DNA of 64,000 nucleotides from Takakia lepidozioides (taxonomy: Eukaryota > Plantae > Bryophyta): positions 40,672,001 to 40,736,000 of the forward strand of contig CM060734.1 in assembly GCA_030704615.1 (NCBI GenBank), given 5' to 3'. The notes beneath the pieces are model-generated. The model saw only the letters and a program-made list of their open reading frames with translations, did no database searches and had not been told where the DNA came from. Below, piece after piece: positions 62,870 through 64,000 of this stretch. The translations under genes were made by a program, and so were the position numbers. Every line of letters begins with the position of its first letter. Position 1 is the stretch's first letter.

Positions 62870-64000
62870 TAGAATCCTTGCTGATTCCTTGATTGTTTTC
62901 CGGCCTGCTGGTAGATCTTCGATGGCCCACGTCTCATTTTCAATAAGTGACTCATACTCATCACGCATTGCCAGTAACCACTGGTCCTTCTGTGGGGACG
63001 CCATAGCTTCCTCGAATGTCTCTGGCTTTTCTGGCATGTCGTCCATGCTGGCAACACATGCATAGGAGTTCTTGTTAACAGGATAAATCCAATCCCCAAA
63101 ACGTGCAGATGGATTCCGTTGACTGGTTCCTGCTGATCCGCGTTAACTTGTTGGACCTCTGCCATGAGTTCGTCTTGGGCCCCCAAGTTCTCCCACTAGT
63201 CATGTCCACTCGAAGCTGCTGCTAGAGCTTCAACATCCCGCATCTCGTCATCCAGACACTGATCTATGAACTGATCGTCTTCTGGATCATTGGTGTCCAT
63301 GTCTGCGGGATCCCCAAAGCCACTATTGGGGCAGCTGAGTACAAGTGGGCTACTTAGAACGTCTTGCTGCGATAACGGTGCTGCCAGTGGTGTTGGTGGA
63401 ATAATTGGTGCGAAGACTGGTCGCCCTCGACTCGAAGCCATTGCATGGGATCAGATTGGCTCCCGCTGAGATTGGCTTCACTGAAGTTCTCATCAAAGAG
63501 AACATCCCTGCTTTCTTCAATATGACGCAATTCATTGATCCACACTCGATATCCTTTACTTGTGGCGGAGTAGCCCATGAAAACACCCTTTCTACTCTTT
63601 GCCGAGAGTTTCTTTCTGAGCGCTTTAGGGATGTGCACATATGCATCCGAGCCAAATGCTTTGAGATGTGCTACTGATGGTTTGAGCTTATACCATTCCT
63701 CATACGGTGTTCTCCCATATGTCGTTCTTGACACTGTTCGATTCAACGTGTATACTGCTGTGAGCTGCTTCGGCCCAAAACCTGATGTGTACATGTGCCG
63801 CATGTAACATGGTTCTTACAGCCTCAATAATCGTTCTGTTCTCCCCTTCCGAGGAGCCATTCTGTTCTGGCGTGAACGCGATGATGGGATCTTGCTTGAT
63901 CTACTATTCATCCAAGTATCTCATGAAGGCTCCGTTCGTGTACTCTGTACCACGATCACTTTTGAGGATCTTCACTGAGTTGCCTGTCTCACGTTTGAGC
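62870..64000 (-). mobile_element. Ty1/Copia integrase to RT-start fragment
   Basis: KILKSDRGTEY..TPEQNG; AVYTLNR..TPYEEW..KPSVAHLKAFGSDAYVHIPK..GVFMGYS..SRDVLFDE; PETFEEAM..WLLAMRDEYESLIENETW. Confidence 0.9.

Overview
Eukaryotic, TE-dense window, most likely from a non-seed plant (inferred from plant-type MDHAR, RPP1, germin-like and F-box sequences, GT-AG introns and a CRN-like kinase). It contains three related Ty3/Gypsy elements: E1 15452-26380, E2 39960-57671, and E3 47077-53804 nested in E2. All three share an unusual terminal layout, A - internal - PPT - B - gc - A - t - B, with TGT...GACA outer ends; E2 and E3 have 4-bp TSDs. This is what a 2-LTR circle would look like if opened and integrated at a palindrome (GACA-GC-TGTC) inside the LTR. 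Split direct repeats are normally a tyrosine-recombinase feature, but these elements encode a DDE integrase. They also have Tf1-like self-priming PBSs with compensatory changes and a PHD finger after integrase. E1 and E2 carry a DNMT3-like C5 cytosine methyltransferase between protease and RT; E3 has replaced its gag-PR-DNMT region with processed host cDNA fragments (MDHAR, URM1, RPP1). E1 interrupts an intron-containing, repeated gene encoding a ParB-like domain and a beta-class amino (N4C/N6A) methyltransferase-like domain, with 22-bp palindromes in its introns. Also present: a CACTA 3' end, a Tourist MITE, tRNA-derived SINEs, a TTAA-flanked piggyBac-like element, LINE and Copia fragments, and CRN-like kinase, F-box and germin-like pseudogenes. 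Many 1-bp frameshifts could be assembly errors. All family assignments come from motif recognition by eye; no searches were run.
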